A stretch of DNA of 64,000 nt, from sequence record OP870145.1. The stretch is one strand, 5' to 3'. The notes below the pieces were generated by a model. It saw only the letters and a list, made by a program, of their open reading frames with translations, did no database searches and was not told the DNA's origin. Numbering within the stretch: the stretch's first letter is position 1; every line of letters begins with the position of its first letter. The translations under genes were made by a program, and so were the position numbers. This document shows, one piece after another, positions 47,548 through 57,261 of this stretch. The stretch is from Escherichia phage vB_Eco_F26.

Positions 47548-47826
47548 TCAAAATGTAATTTCTAACCAATCACCATCACGCTGATCACTATTGACTTTAA
47601 AGCTGAATCCTTCTTTTCTCAGCCAATCACCAATTTCTTCAGTAATCAATTTATCACGAGCAATACAATAATAATTAAAATGTGTTTTACCTTGTTCAGC
47701 TGCTTTATTAGCAAGTTCCGAAAAATCTTTAATAAAACACTCTAGCTTAAACTGTTTACTTTTTAATGCTTTTTCGCGCAATTGATTAGCAAAAGATTCA
47801 TTTTCATAAAGATCATACTGTTCCAT
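47548..47826 (-). CDS. hypothetical protein (24.2 position)
   Basis: 92 aa ORF. Confidence 0.6.
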   Translation of the reverse strand: MEQYDLYENESFANQLREKALKSKQFKLECFIKDFSELANKAAEQGKTHFNYYCIARDKLITEEIGDWLRKEGFSFKVNSDQRDGDWLEITF

Positions 47827-48028
47827 TTTTCACCTTTTTATTGATATGTCTTTTTCTATAGACAACTTTTTCTCGAGTCTCAAATTTATTCTTAGCAGTC
47901 ATAGCTCGAGCCCATAATACAGCCACTTCTTTTGCCTGTAAGTTCAATTCACGAGCAATTTCAATGAATGACTTTCCAGACTCATGAAGCGTAAACACCA
48001 CAACCTCAGTTCTCATAATTAATCTCAT
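47813..48028 (-). CDS. hypothetical protein (24.3 position)
   Basis: 71 aa ORF. Confidence 0.55.
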   Translation of the reverse strand: MRLIMRTEVVVFTLHESGKSFIEIARELNLQAKEVAVLWARAMTAKNKFETREKVVYRKRHINKKVKNGTV

Positions 48029-48097
48029 GTTATCGAGTTGGTGCCATTATATACATCATTTTCTGATTGTGTTTTGCGTGCTTTCAAAATGAAGAAA

Positions 48098-48111
48098 GGG
48101 GCCGAAGCCCC
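48098..48111 (-). terminator. GC hairpin GGGGC-CGAA-GCCCC after hoc
   Basis: Identical to the hairpin at 4972..4985. Confidence 0.4.
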
Positions 48112-48117
48112 TTATGA

Positions 48118-49533
48118 TTATGGATAGGTATAGATGATACCAGTTTCTAAAGCAGTTTTATGAATGATGTATCCATTACGCGATTCTTGGACATCAACTT
48201 CTGGATAGTCTTTAATCATCTTCTGAAGAGTGTAACGATGCAGGTAGTATTTACTATCTGGGTCGTCAGTTTTCCAATCTTTACCTTCTTCGGTCATTTT
48301 TTGGATTTCATCCATAACCCACCAACCGCACCAGATATAAGCTGAAGTACGATGTGGAAGAGGATGAACATAAGGTAGTTCACCTTCTGGTTCAATTGGA
48401 GTCCGTTCAGCAATAACAACTTCAGCTGTTGAACTAATTGTCTTTGAAGTGTAATTATCTTTAGTTAATACTGCTTCAACTTTAATTGTATGAGTACCCG
48501 CTGAGGAGGTATCAATACTATAAGTATTAGTAGAATTACTTTCTGCTACGTTGTCTTTCTTCCAAGAGTACACAATATTAGTATCACCAGGAGCACCAGT
48601 AACAGATGCTGTTAAAGTTGCAGTTCCACCAACAGTAGTATTAACTGATGGCGGAGATAAAGAAATGGTGGCACTATTAAATGTCGCATTATTAGTTACT
48701 ACTGTTGCTTCTGCTGAAATTTCTTTTGTAACATAATTTGTTGCAGAAACAGATGCGGTGCATTTAAGAGTTTTACTTCCGACTTCGGTCGGAGTGAATT
48801 TATACGTAGCAGAAGTTGCATCCGGAATATTACTGTCATCCATTGACCATTGGAATGTTATAGTAGCACCTGAAGGTGCACTAGAGACATTTGCAGTTAA
48901 AGTAATAGGAACACCAAAGACTGTAGTCGGAGACTCGGGTGTAATTTTTAGCGTCGAAGAATTAGCCTTTTTATTTACAGTCAAAGAAACCGCTGATGAT
49001 TCTACTGTTTTATCAACGTAATCAGTTGCAGTCACTGTGACAGAGCAAGTTATAGACTTAGTTCCTTCAGTTGTTGGTGTATATTCAAAGGTTGATTGCT
49101 TTTGACCGTCAACATCGACCCCGTCAACTTTCCATGTATAATCAATAGCAGCACCAATAGGTTGATTGCTTACATTAGCAGTGAATGTTGTTGCTGTTCC
49201 AATTTCTACTGCCGCAGGAGAAGCCGGAGTAACAGTGATAGTGGAATTATTTTCTTTCTTATTAACAGTGATAGTTGTTGATGCTTCAGCTATTTCCGGA
49301 TCTCCTGCGGAAAGTGTATTAGTTGCAACCACTTTAATTTTTTTTGTTCCTGCTGGAGAAGCAAGAGTATAATCCATTGTAGCAGCCGTAGAGCCCTGTG
49401 TTATATCATCTACAGTCCAGACGTATGTAATAGTACCGTCTGGGGTTTCACCTGCAGGTGTAGCAGTGAATGTTTGTGAACCTCCAATAACCCCTGTAGG
49501 AGTTAGAGGAGATAACGTGACAGTGAATGCCAT
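48118..49533 (-). CDS. hoc: highly immunogenic outer capsid protein Hoc, 4 Ig-like domains
   Basis: 471 aa; four ~90-aa Ig-like repeats plus conserved C-terminal capsid-binding region; T4 Hoc recalled as 376 aa with three. Confidence 0.85.
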   Translation of the reverse strand: MAFTVTLSPLTPTGVIGGSQTFTATPAGETPDGTITYVWTVDDITQGSTAATMDYTLASPAGTKKIKVVATNTLSAGDPEIAEASTTITVNKKENNSTITVTPASPAAVEIGTATTFTANVSNQPIGAAIDYTWKVDGVDVDGQKQSTFEYTPTTEGTKSITCSVTVTATDYVDKTVESSAVSLTVNKKANSSTLKITPESPTTVFGVPITLTANVSSAPSGATITFQWSMDDSNIPDATSATYKFTPTEVGSKTLKCTASVSATNYVTKEISAEATVVTNNATFNSATISLSPPSVNTTVGGTATLTASVTGAPGDTNIVYSWKKDNVAESNSTNTYSIDTSSAGTHTIKVEAVLTKDNYTSKTISSTAEVVIAERTPIEPEGELPYVHPLPHRTSAYIWCGWWVMDEIQKMTEEGKDWKTDDPDSKYYLHRYTLQKMIKDYPEVDVQESRNGYIIHKTALETGIIYTYP

Positions 49534-49542
49534 AAGTTATCC

Positions 49543-50223
49543 TTATTTTAATGTTATGAAAGAAGAATTACGAGTTTCGCGAATTAGAACTGATCCATCG
49601 CGATTAATATAATAAATTAAGCTAAATAATGTTTGGTGTGCTGACGCATGTTCAAAACTAGTTGGGTGAGATTTCCAATCCGGAGTTTCAGCAATCCATT
49701 GATAAATCCACCAAGGAACAGTGCAGAATCCTGGATTTTTTCCAATCAGTTGAAGATTCGGACTAAAGTTTTCCGGAAGAGTAAATACAGACGGCTTTTC
49801 AGATTCAATAATCTCAGCTACAGCTTGTTCAAACTTTTCTTCAACAAACGGAGTGTCTTCAATCAAAACTGAGGTATTTTCAGGAATTTTATCCGTTTCT
49901 ACTACTTCAATTTTAATGTCAGATTTAACCGGAGAATCAATCAAAAGTGCTGCTTCTGGATTGACTTCTTCATCGTCATATTTTAATCCCTCTGCGGCAT
50001 CAGCAGCATCAATTAAGTCTTTAATAGATAACCCATCAGTCTCCGGCATAGGTTCACTAGCGAGCTTCTGGAGGGCTTCTTCAATATCAACAACGATATT
50101 ATCAAAAGATTTATTCTTTTTGACTTTTATACCAAACTGTTCAGCATATTCAGCTAATTTAGCTTTAGCTTCTTTATTATCATCAAGAGCCTTCAGCTCT
50201 GCAATATAATCTTTATCTATCAT
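49543..50223 (-). CDS. inh: inhibitor of prohead protease Inh
   Basis: 226 aa; synteny. Confidence 0.8.
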   Translation of the reverse strand: MIDKDYIAELKALDDNKEAKAKLAEYAEQFGIKVKKNKSFDNIVVDIEEALQKLASEPMPETDGLSIKDLIDAADAAEGLKYDDEEVNPEAALLIDSPVKSDIKIEVVETDKIPENTSVLIEDTPFVEEKFEQAVAEIIESEKPSVFTLPENFSPNLQLIGKNPGFCTVPWWIYQWIAETPDWKSHPTSFEHASAHQTLFSLIYYINRDGSVLIRETRNSSFITLK

Positions 50224-50236
50224 AATATTTCCTCAG

Positions 50237-50244
50237 TATAAATA
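50237..50244 (+). promoter_or_regulatory. late promoter TATAAATA upstream of uvsW
   Basis: Octamer 29 nt upstream of ATG 50274. Confidence 0.55.
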
Positions 50245-50273
50245 TAGATATATTTATTACATGGTATTTAGAC

Positions 50274-51785
50274 ATGACTGACATTAAAGTACATTTTTAT
50301 GATTTTAGTCACGTGAGAATTGATTGTGAAGAAAGCACATTTCATGAACTCCGTGATTTCTTTAGCTTTGAAGCTGATGGGTATCGTTTTAACCCTCGCT
50401 TCAGATATGGCAACTGGGATGGACGAATCCGTCTTTTAGATTATAATCGTCTTCTTCCATTCGGTTTAGTCGGGCAAATTAAAAAGTTCTGTGATAACTT
50501 TGGCTATAAAGCCTGGATTGACCCACAGATTAACGAAAAAGAAGAATTATCAAGAAAAGATTTTGATGAATGGCTTTCTAAATTAGAAATCTATTCAGGA
50601 AATAAAAGAATTGAACCACACTGGTATCAAAAAGATGCAGTGTTCGAAGGATTAGTTAATCGTCGTAGAATTCTTAATCTTCCAACATCTGCAGGTAAAT
50701 CGTTAATTCAAGCTCTGCTTGCTCGGTATTATTTGGAAAATTATGAAGGTAAAATTCTTATCATTGTTCCAACAACTGCTCTAACAACTCAGATGGCTGA
50801 TGACTTCGTTGACTATCGTTTATTCAGTCATGCAATGATAAAGAAAATTGGTGGCGGAGCATCAAAAGATGATAAATATAAAAATGATGCACCAGTCGTT
50901 GTTGGTACATGGCAAACTGTAGTAAAACAACCGAAAGAATGGTTCTCACAGTTTGGAATGATGATGAATGATGAATGCCATCTTGCTACAGGAAAAAGTA
51001 TTTCATCTATCATATCAGGTTTAAATAACTGCATGTTTAAATTTGGTCTATCAGGTTCATTACGTGACGGCAAAGCCAATATCATGCAGTATGTTGGAAT
51101 GTTTGGTGAAATATTTAAGCCAGTAACGACCTCTAAATTAATGGAAGATGGACAAGTAACTGAGTTAAAAATTAATAGTATTTTTCTTCGCTATCCCGAT
51201 GAGTTCACTACTAAATTAAAGGGAAAAACTTACCAAGAAGAAATAAAAATTATTACTGGGCTCAGTAAAAGAAATAAATGGATCGCTAAATTAGCTATTA
51301 AGCTTGCACAAAAAGATGAAAACGCTTTTGTCATGTTTAAACATGTATCGCATGGTAAAGCTATTTTCGATTTAATTAAAAATGAATACGATAAAGTTTA
51401 TTACGTATCAGGGGAAGTTGATACCGAAACCCGCAACGTAATGAAAACCTTAGCTGAAAATGGTAAAGGAATAATTATAGTAGCTAGTTATGGTGTATTT
51501 TCTACTGGTATTTCAGTTAAAAATCTGCATCATGTTGTTTTAGCGCACGGCGTTAAATCAAAAATCATTGTATTACAAACAATCGGTCGTGTATTACGTA
51601 AGCATGGTTCTAAGACAATCGCAACTGTCTGGGACCTCATAGATGACGCGGGCGTGGTTTCTAAATCAAAAACATCTTCTAAAAAATACTCGCATTTAAA
51701 CTATCTTTTAAAACATGGACTTGATCGTATTCAGCGTTATGCTGATGAAAAGTTTAATTATGTGATGAAAGAGGTTAAACTTTGA
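50274..51785 (+). CDS. uvsW: RNA-DNA and DNA-DNA helicase UvsW
   Basis: 503 aa; SF2 helicase motifs (Walker A PTSAGKS, DEAH-like MMNDECH). Confidence 0.92.
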   Translation: MTDIKVHFYDFSHVRIDCEESTFHELRDFFSFEADGYRFNPRFRYGNWDGRIRLLDYNRLLPFGLVGQIKKFCDNFGYKAWIDPQINEKEELSRKDFDEWLSKLEIYSGNKRIEPHWYQKDAVFEGLVNRRRILNLPTSAGKSLIQALLARYYLENYEGKILIIVPTTALTTQMADDFVDYRLFSHAMIKKIGGGASKDDKYKNDAPVVVGTWQTVVKQPKEWFSQFGMMMNDECHLATGKSISSIISGLNNCMFKFGLSGSLRDGKANIMQYVGMFGEIFKPVTTSKLMEDGQVTELKINSIFLRYPDEFTTKLKGKTYQEEIKIITGLSKRNKWIAKLAIKLAQKDENAFVMFKHVSHGKAIFDLIKNEYDKVYYVSGEVDTETRNVMKTLAENGKGIIIVASYGVFSTGISVKNLHHVVLAHGVKSKIIVLQTIGRVLRKHGSKTIATVWDLIDDAGVVSKSKTSSKKYSHLNYLLKHGLDRIQRYADEKFNYVMKEVKL

Positions 51786-52474
51786 ATTATAAATTAATAT
51801 ATGATAATTTAATTAATAGAGCCCAGAATCGGGCTCGCCTTAATGGATACACTGAAACACATCATATAATTCCTAGATGTATGGGTGGTACAAATGATAA
51901 GTGTAATTTAGTAGAACTAACGGCTGAAGAACATTTTATAGCCCATAAACTTTTAGCTAAAATTCATCCAAATCATTACGGTATAATTAAAGCCGTTATA
52001 TGTATGGGAATGAACTCAAAGACTCATGAAAGACACGTTAATAAATCTTACGCGTGGGAACGTCGTAAAATGGCAGAACTTCAATCCGGCGAAGGTAATC
52101 CATTTTACGGAAAACACCATACGGAAGAACATAAACAATATATGTCAAAACTCATGAAAAGTCGTCCAATTACATGGGGAAATAAAATTAGTAAAACTAA
52201 AAGAATGAACCCAACGAAATGGACTGAAGAAGCTAAAAGATTACATTCAATCAATCAATCGGGTAAAAATAACGGCATGTATGGAAGGAAACATTCCGCT
52301 AAATCTATTCAGAAAATTAAAGATAACATGCCAGATAATTCAGGAGCTAATAACCCAGCTGCTAAACCTATAGAAGTAAATGGTGTTAAATATAAATGTA
52401 TGAAAGATGCTTCTAAAGCTACTGGATTATCAATGTACAAACTAAGAATACTTAGAAAAACAGTTAATTTATAA
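51782..52474 (+). CDS. freestanding HNH homing endonuclease with NUMOD3-like repeats, inserted between uvsW and uvsW.1
   Basis: HNH motif ETHHIIPRCMGGTNDKCNLVELTAEEHFIAH; GKHHTEEHKQYMSK / GRKHSAKSIQKI repeats; TTG start overlapping uvsW stop; paralogue of 32371..33183. Confidence 0.75.
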   Translation: MNYKLIYDNLINRAQNRARLNGYTETHHIIPRCMGGTNDKCNLVELTAEEHFIAHKLLAKIHPNHYGIIKAVICMGMNSKTHERHVNKSYAWERRKMAELQSGEGNPFYGKHHTEEHKQYMSKLMKSRPITWGNKISKTKRMNPTKWTEEAKRLHSINQSGKNNGMYGRKHSAKSIQKIKDNMPDNSGANNPAAKPIEVNGVKYKCMKDASKATGLSMYKLRILRKTVNL

Positions 52475-52499
52475 GGGCTTCGGCCCTTTGGAGAAAAAG

Positions 52500-52730
52500 A
52501 TGTTACTAGGATTTAAACAATTTCTTTATGAAGCTTCTATTGATGAATTTATGGGTAAAATTGCCTCTTGTCAAACATTAGAAGGTTTAGAAGAACTTGA
52601 AGCTTATTATAAGAAAAGAGTCAAAGAAACTGAATTAAAAGATACTGATGACATCTCTGTAAGAGATGCTTTGGCAGGAAAAAGAGCTGAATTAGAAGAT
52701 TCAGACGATGAAGTAGAAGAAAGCTTTTAA
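52500..52730 (+). CDS. uvsW.1: UvsW.1-like small acidic protein (76 aa)
   Basis: ATG at 52500 with GGAG SD; size and position as T4 uvsW.1. Confidence 0.65.
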   Translation: MLLGFKQFLYEASIDEFMGKIASCQTLEGLEELEAYYKKRVKETELKDTDDISVRDALAGKRAELEDSDDEVEESF

Positions 52731-52785
52731 ATTAAAAAAGGCCCAACCAAAAAGGAAGGGCCAAAACTATAGACTAAAGGTCACA

Positions 52786-52953
52786 CTATAGCAAAAGTTG
52801 TGTTTCATTTAATTGTTCTTCCGAACTTTCTGAAACTGGTAGTTCTTTAATGTAATTATAGCAAGGCCCAGGATGTACAGGACCTTTGTCTGTTTCAACA
52901 ACCAATGCAGAATCGATTGGAGTTTTACAGACAACACAAATCTTATCTGACAT
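52786..52953 (-). CDS. small Cys-containing protein (55 aa; uvsY.-2 position)
   Basis: ATG at 52953 with AAGGAGA SD; CVVC...C motif; ORF track gives 52786..53016. Confidence 0.5.
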   Translation of the reverse strand: MSDKICVVCKTPIDSALVVETDKGPVHPGPCYNYIKELPVSESSEEQLNETQLLL

Positions 52954-53076
52954 GATTGTCTCCTTTTGAATATAGTAATATTTATAAACCCATTTTAATC
53001 CGCATTTCTTGTACACGGATTAAGCAGGCTTCCATCTCTGCTAATAGTCGAAATACTTCTTTATAATCTGTCATAT

Positions 53077-53304
53077 TTACCCCATATCTCTCATATGCAT
53101 ATCAATGCCCATATCTTTAGAATAAAAATATTCATCAAGATATCCGGCAAATTTTCCTTTAATATAAAGGACATCTTCACCACATGGGTGGTCGGCCAGG
53201 ATACGAATATCCTGACGCTTAAGATTATGCTTTTTCATTAAGAATTGAATTTCCGTTTCAAATTCTTCTTCATAATTAAAAGCATCATCAATGTTATATC
53301 TCAT
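53077..53304 (-). CDS. hypothetical protein (uvsY.-1 position)
   Basis: 75 aa ORF. Confidence 0.6.
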   Translation of the reverse strand: MRYNIDDAFNYEEEFETEIQFLMKKHNLKRQDIRILADHPCGEDVLYIKGKFAGYLDEYFYSKDMGIDMHMRDMG

Positions 53305-53717
53305 TATTTTCCAGCCTCAAATGCTCGCATGTCTTGAATATGCTTAATAGCAAATCCACGCGATTTAATAGCATCAAGAGCTCCGCTACAGAAATCTAAT
53401 AAAATTCCCCAATATTGTAATGAAGTATCAACCTTTAAAACATCCTTATCAGCTGATAGAACTGTTTTCATTTCTGATTTCTCGTAACGATCCATACTAA
53501 ATTCATCACCATCTCCTCGTCCCGAGTAGTAGTCTAATTTAGCTTTAAGAGCAACTTTTTTCTGTGCATCAATTCTAAGCATTTCCTTTTTAATACTTGA
53601 ATGCTTATTGAGCCATTTACTATATAACATCACATTATTAGCTGCTTCATACTGTAATTTAGTCGAATCTATAAACACATCTTTCTTCAATTCTTCTTGA
53701 AGATCTTCTAATCTCAT
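53304..53717 (-). CDS. uvsY: recombination mediator protein UvsY
   Basis: 137 aa; recalled as T4 UvsY. Confidence 0.92.
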   Translation of the reverse strand: MRLEDLQEELKKDVFIDSTKLQYEAANNVMLYSKWLNKHSSIKKEMLRIDAQKKVALKAKLDYYSGRGDGDEFSMDRYEKSEMKTVLSADKDVLKVDTSLQYWGILLDFCSGALDAIKSRGFAIKHIQDMRAFEAGK

Positions 53718-53783
53718 ATTGTTCTCTATTCAATTGTTATTGGATGGACTTAGATTCATTATACCACGTTTTAACGTGAAGCA

Positions 53784-54182
53784 TTATACTCTATTACTGG
53801 AAGCCAGCTGCAGTTTTATCTGCTCAATATCATCAGGGTTATCGATGACCGAAAAGCGTATTTCTACTATCAGAGTATAATCATCATAAACTGGTATCAC
53901 ATTAACTGATAATTTATCAATACGTGGCTCATAGTTTCTTACTGCGCTTTCAATATTGCGCTCAACTGTGTCAGCAGTAAGAGGAGTCATATTTTCAAAA
54001 AGCTGGTCTGATAAATCACATCCAAATTCAGGGTCAAACGGTCTTGAACCTTTTCTTGTTGTAATAATTCCCAAAAGACTGTTTTTAATTGACCTTAATC
54101 CAAGTGATCTGGAAACATCTTTGTTCCAATCCATTTTCATTTCCGGGTCAATATCAGAATAAAGCTTATTAATATTTGCCAT
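53784..54182 (-). CDS. 25: baseplate wedge protein gp25
   Basis: 132 aa; synteny. Confidence 0.9.
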   Translation of the reverse strand: MANINKLYSDIDPEMKMDWNKDVSRSLGLRSIKNSLLGIITTRKGSRPFDPEFGCDLSDQLFENMTPLTADTVERNIESAVRNYEPRIDKLSVNVIPVYDDYTLIVEIRFSVIDNPDDIEQIKLQLASSNRV

Positions 54183-54808
54183 TATAGTAACTCAAAGAAC
54201 TCTTTGAGGCCTCTTATTACGTGAGCATGGGTTTTTCCACACTCTGGACACTTAATTGGAACAGCCAAATAAACGGTAGGTTTTAAAAGCATATCTTTTA
54301 TAGCTACAATATCTGACTCTGTGATGATAGAATATAAATCTTCTAGTTCCTTTTCATTTAAGTCTTCAACTGGAATGCTTTCCCCGTTAGCATGAATCGT
54401 TTCTATACATGATACTATCATGTGGGCTATATTTTTATCATCAAAAATTTTAGGGTAATGGAATTTAATTTTAATGTCACCCAGTGTATACCAGAGGTCT
54501 TCTGGTGCATCTATTTGTGTATGTAATAGATTTATATGGGTTGGTATTTCAGTTCCACAGGTGCACTTCCAGGAGTTTTCGTGATTAACTTCACCAAGAG
54601 AATGTGCCCATAAATGAATCAACAATAGTTCTGATTCTTGGCGGTTTAAATCTTTTGCATTTGTGCAGTCTTTGATTAGCTTTTTAACAATTACTTCTAC
54701 AGAACCATTATTTTTGGCAGTAATAAGTTCTAGATATTCTTTAAGCGTGAATGCGCGACAATTGATTATTTTAGAACCAACTCTCACATCAAATTTGTAT
54801 TCATACAT
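54182..54808 (-). CDS. 26: baseplate hub protein gp26
   Basis: 208 aa; synteny. Confidence 0.88.
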   Translation of the reverse strand: MYEYKFDVRVGSKIINCRAFTLKEYLELITAKNNGSVEVIVKKLIKDCTNAKDLNRQESELLLIHLWAHSLGEVNHENSWKCTCGTEIPTHINLLHTQIDAPEDLWYTLGDIKIKFHYPKIFDDKNIAHMIVSCIETIHANGESIPVEDLNEKELEDLYSIITESDIVAIKDMLLKPTVYLAVPIKCPECGKTHAHVIRGLKEFFELL

Positions 54809-54829
54809 ATTTAGCTCCTTTATTTATCA

Positions 54830-54841
54830 TATTTATAAATA
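54830..54841. promoter_or_regulatory. overlapping divergent late promoters for gene 26/25 (minus) and gene 51 (plus)
   Basis: Plus TATAAATA 54834..54841 and minus TATAAATA 54837..54830. Confidence 0.6.
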
Positions 54842-54858
54842 GAATAAAAGGAGCATCT

Positions 54859-55608
54859 ATGGCAAACATTATTCGTTGTAAATTACCAGATGGTGTTCAT
54901 CGTTTTAAACCATTTACGGTAGAAGATTATCGAGATTTTTTGTTAGTTCGAAACGATATAGAACATCGGTCACCACAAGAACAAAAAGAAATAATTACTG
55001 ATTTAATTGATGATTATTTTGGAGACTATCCGAAGACTTGGCAACCATTTATATTTTTGCAGGTATTTGTAGGGTCAATAGGTAAAACAAAAGTACCAGT
55101 CACATTCGTATGTCCAAAATGTAAAAAAGAAAAGACAGTTCCATTTGAAATATATCAAAAAGAATTAAAGGAACCTGTTTTTGATGTAGCTAATGTTAAA
55201 ATTAAATTAAAGTTTCCTTCTGAGTTTTATGAAAATAAAGCAAAGATGATTACTGAAAATATTCATTCTGTTCAAGTAGATGAAATATGGTATGATTGGA
55301 AGGAAATTAGCGAATCAAGTCAAATAGAACTTGTTGATGCCATCGAGATAGAAACATTAGAAAAAATTCTCGATGCAATGAATCCTATTAATTTAACTCT
55401 ACATATGTCATGCTGTAATAAGTACATTAAAAAATACACTGATATAGTAGACGTGTTTAAGCTATTAGTTAACCCAGATGAAATATTTACTTTTTATCAA
55501 ATTAATCACACACTCGTAAAAAGTAATTATAGCTTAAATTCAATAATGAAAATGATTCCTGCTGAGCGCGGATTCGTATTAAAACTGATTGAGAAGGATA
55601 AACAATAA
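54859..55608 (+). CDS. 51: baseplate hub assembly protein gp51
   Basis: 249 aa; synteny. Confidence 0.88.
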   Translation: MANIIRCKLPDGVHRFKPFTVEDYRDFLLVRNDIEHRSPQEQKEIITDLIDDYFGDYPKTWQPFIFLQVFVGSIGKTKVPVTFVCPKCKKEKTVPFEIYQKELKEPVFDVANVKIKLKFPSEFYENKAKMITENIHSVQVDEIWYDWKEISESSQIELVDAIEIETLEKILDAMNPINLTLHMSCCNKYIKKYTDIVDVFKLLVNPDEIFTFYQINHTLVKSNYSLNSIMKMIPAERGFVLKLIEKDKQ

Positions 55609-56783
55609 TGAGTATGTTGCAACGCCCAGGATATCCAAATCTCAGCGTTAAATTATTTGATAGCTACGACGCTTGGAGTAATAATAGATTTGTTGAATTA
55701 GCTGCTACTATTACAACATTAACTATGCGGGATTCTCTTTATGGCCGAAATGAAGGAATGCTGCAGTTTTATGATTCTAAAAACATCCATACAAAAATGG
55801 ATGGAAATGAAATAATTCAGATTTCTGTAGCTAATGCAAATGATATTAATAATGTTAAAACACGAATTTATGGATGTAAGCATTTTTCCGTGTCAGTAGA
55901 TTCAAAAGGTGATAACATCATTGCTATTGAATTGGGAACTATTCATTCTATAGAAAATCTTAAATTTGGTAGACCATTTTTCCCTGATGCAGGTGAATCT
56001 ATAAAAGAAATGCTTGGCGTCATTTATCAAGACCGTACATTATTAACTCCAGCGATAAATGCTATAAATGCTTATGTTCCTGATATTCCATGGACTAGCA
56101 CATTTGAAAACTATTTGTCATATGTAAGAGAAGTTGCTCTAGCTGTAGGAAGCGACAAATTTGTATTTGTGTGGCAAGACATCATGGGAGTTAACATGAT
56201 GGACTATGATATGATGATAAATCAAGAACCATATCCAATGATTGTCGGTGAGCCATCTTTAATAGGTCAATTCATCCAAGAATTAAAATATCCATTAGCA
56301 TATGATTTCGTTTGGTTGACTAAATCGAATCCTCATAAACGCGACCCAATGAAAAACGCTACTATCTATGCTCATTCATTTTTAGATTCTTCATTGCCAA
56401 TGATTACTACAGGAAAGGGAGAAAACTCTATTGTAGTGTCAAGGTCAGGTGCTTATTCTGAAATGACTTATAGGAATGGATATGAAGAAGCTATTCGTCT
56501 TCAAACTATGGCACAATATGACGGCTATGCTAAATGTTCTACTGTCGGTAATTTTAACTTGACTCCTGGTGTTAAAATTATATTTAATGATAGTAAAAAC
56601 CAATTTAAAACAGAATTTTACGTTGATGAAGTTATCCATGAATTATCCAATAATAATTCAGTAACTCATCTATATATGTTCACTAATGCAACGAAACTGG
56701 AAACAATAGACCCAGTTAAGGTTAAAAATGAATTTAAATCTGATACTACCACTGAAGAAAGTAGTTCTTCCAATAAGCAATAA
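55608..56783 (+). CDS. 27: baseplate hub protein gp27
   Basis: 391 aa; synteny. Confidence 0.9.
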   Translation: MSMLQRPGYPNLSVKLFDSYDAWSNNRFVELAATITTLTMRDSLYGRNEGMLQFYDSKNIHTKMDGNEIIQISVANANDINNVKTRIYGCKHFSVSVDSKGDNIIAIELGTIHSIENLKFGRPFFPDAGESIKEMLGVIYQDRTLLTPAINAINAYVPDIPWTSTFENYLSYVREVALAVGSDKFVFVWQDIMGVNMMDYDMMINQEPYPMIVGEPSLIGQFIQELKYPLAYDFVWLTKSNPHKRDPMKNATIYAHSFLDSSLPMITTGKGENSIVVSRSGAYSEMTYRNGYEEAIRLQTMAQYDGYAKCSTVGNFNLTPGVKIIFNDSKNQFKTEFYVDEVIHELSNNNSVTHLYMFTNATKLETIDPVKVKNEFKSDTTTEESSSSNKQ

Positions 56784-57261
56784 AGAAGTTTCTATTCCTA
56801 AAATGGGTCTTAAACATTATAACATTTTAAAGGATGTTAAAGGTCCTGATGAAAATTTAAAACTTCTTATTGATTCTATTTGTCCGAATTTATCACCGGC
56901 AGAAGTTGATTTCGTTTCTATTCATTTATTAGAATTTAATGGAAAGATTAAATCTCGTAAAGAAATAGATGGCTATACTTATGACATTAATGATGTCTAT
57001 GTATGCCAAAGATTAGAATTTCAATACCAAGGAAATACATTTTATTTTAGACCTCCTGGAAAATTTGAACAATTTTTAACGGTGAGCGATATGTTATCTA
57101 AATGCTTGCTTAAGGTCAATGATGAAGTTAAAGAAATTAATTTTCTTGAGATGCCAGCATTCGTTTTAAAATGGGCAAATGATATTTTTACAACTTTAGC
57201 AATTCCTGGCCCTAATGGTCCAATAACTGGAATTGGCAATATTATTGGATTATTTGAATGA
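56728..57261 (+). CDS. 28: baseplate hub distal protein gp28
   Basis: 177 aa; overlaps gene 27 end in another frame. Confidence 0.85.
   Translation: MNLNLILPLKKVVLPISNKEVSIPKMGLKHYNILKDVKGPDENLKLLIDSICPNLSPAEVDFVSIHLLEFNGKIKSRKEIDGYTYDINDVYVCQRLEFQYQGNTFYFRPPGKFEQFLTVSDMLSKCLLKVNDEVKEINFLEMPAFVLKWANDIFTTLAIPGPNGPITGIGNIIGLFE

Noticed and set aside
48160-49372. Several 60-90-aa plus-strand ORFs inside hoc and 85-aa ORF antisense in uvsW (50828..51085)
   Set aside because: All antisense to well-supported genes; the repetitive Thr/Ser-rich Ig-domain coding sequence gives open frames on the opposite strand by chance.
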